A DNA stretch of 62,679 nt, the filler included, from Diploschistes diacapsis (Eukaryota), in NCBI GenBank assembly GCA_023645945.1. It is 10 parts of 10 records of this genome, joined end to end, with 100 filler letters (N's around TTAATTAATTAA, not from the genome) between each part and the next. Parts side by side here need not be neighbours in the genome. Positions count along the whole stretch, not along the records: positions 56,541 to 62,679 come from JALAIB010001431.1; 9 more parts are not named here. One strand, 5' to 3'. Shown piece after piece: positions 61,440 through 62,679 of this stretch (the stretch's first letter is position 1; each line of letters opens with the position of its first letter). The position numbers and the translations under genes were made by a program. The notes under the pieces are model-generated. The model made no database searches and was not told where the DNA came from. It saw only the letters and a program-made list of their open reading frames with translations.

Positions 61440-62679
61440 AACACGGTTTAGGATCTGAAGTATTCGGTTTATTTACCTTCTTATTTATGTATTTACGAGA
61501 AAGAATCTAGATTTAATCTTATCTGATGCTGTTTACGCGAGCTGGCGCGTTTTTGAAGATGAAGGTTTACGACGTATTAGGAGCGACGAAAAACCTTTTA
61601 CGATAAATAAAAGATCGACGAATCAAAATTCTCGATTTTATTAGTATTTAGCTGGAAAGCTGAAGTGTTAGATCTAATCTTTCGCGATAAGATATTACCT
61701 AAGCGAATAATTTAGTAATAGTAGATTTACGATACATTGATCTAGAGCGATTACAACTCTTAGAGCGACGAAAAGTTCCTGTAACTAAGTAATAAGCGAA
61801 AGATCGATTAATTAGAACATTCGATTTAATTTAATTAATTACAATAAAAGAGCTTAGGGTTCTTATATAAATTAAACACATCCTTCGAACCTTTCGAACC
61901 TTTATTTTACTAATAAATAAATTTTTATTGCGCTAGCTTTCGAAAGCGGTTTCTGCTGTTACGTCTATTACTATTATTACTGCTTTTCGCCCTAAGAGTC
62001 GTCTGTTTTTAGTATTATTGGTCTAATAGCACCCATTTTCGATGTCGAAACTTGAAAAGAGTAAAATCGGGCACGTGTTTACGTATAATACGGGTTGAAG
62101 AAAATAAAGAGAAAAAGGACTGAATTAGGCCGAAAAAAATATTAGGGTATGGGAAGACTAAGAACAGATATCCGAATTAAAAAAGAAGGAATAAGGGTTT
62201 TGTTTTGTTTTGTTGTTAAGAAATAGCAACAGTTTGGAACAAAAGATAATGGAATATCCTAAATGTTTGTGGGTTTAAGGGTTGAACCCTGATAAGGTTG
62301 GTAGGGCTGGCACTTAGTATTTATATGTATCTTGTTTCTACATAGATAGTTCCTTCTTTATTTTTTCGAATCTGAACCATTCAGCCTATAGATTGCAGCT
62401 ACATGTGATCCTTCTAGATTAGGTTCAGCCCCTGGTTGTGTAGTATTCCTGTAGGGGCGTTCTATTTACGTACGTATTATTTATTCGATTTCTTTATCGT
62501 ACGTAGTTTTAAGCGGTTTAAAACATCCGATATCAAAAAACTAAAAAATATGCGATAAATGAATAGGCATATATAACGGAATGATGTCGTTATTTTTATA
62601 ATAATTGATAAAATCGATCGTACGATAGCTATTATGACTATTAAGGATTAATAAACGATATTTATTTATCGTATAAGAT
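61440..62679. mobile_element. AT-rich RIP-like degenerate repeat relic, family not assignable
   Basis: TpA-rich and CpA-poor with CpG retained. A dead minus-strand reading frame from the ATG at 62036 contains CAG TAA TAA TAG TAA TAG ACG TAA CAG CAG. Confidence 0.5.

Noticed and set aside
62140..62310. TTAGGG-like words as a telomere
   Set aside because: They are isolated and degenerate, not a tandem array.
1..62679. tRNA, rRNA or a secondary-metabolite gene cluster
   Set aside because: I recognised no cloverleaf, rRNA motif or PKS/NRPS/terpene backbone gene by eye. Small RNAs could have been missed without tRNAscan-SE or Infernal.

Overview
Fungal (filamentous ascomycete, Pezizomycotina-like) nuclear DNA with short spliceosomal introns. 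The window is not one locus. It is ten separate contigs of about 6.1-6.2 kb, in strictly decreasing length, joined by an artificial 100-bp linker (N44-TTAATTAATTAA-N44), so gene order across the linkers has no meaning. Genes I can support: a 2H-phosphoesterase-like protein, a PXA/PX protein, TFIIE-alpha, PUS1, eIF3f, UTP25, an orphan ORF, PRM1, an MFS transporter, an XRCC4-like protein, a CENP-W-like histone-fold protein, RAD57, IML1, IQGAP, a Pom1/DYRK2 kinase, a partial USE1-like SNARE, a divergent intron-rich adenylosuccinate lyase, a Crh GH16 and MAK21/NOC1. There are also two pseudogenes (ankyrin repeat, alpha/beta hydrolase) and RIP-like mutated transposon relics: a hAT-like MITE pair with TIR and 8-bp TSD, and a Fot1/pogo right end. 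I found no convincing new multi-gene system. The most interesting oddities are an AT-AG intron in the catalytic signature of the adenylosuccinate lyase, an in-frame TGA in the Crh tail, recurrent C-rich to G-rich strand-skew switches, and an HMG-box-like motif cluster upstream of PRM1. All family assignments come from recognising motifs by eye; no database search was run.
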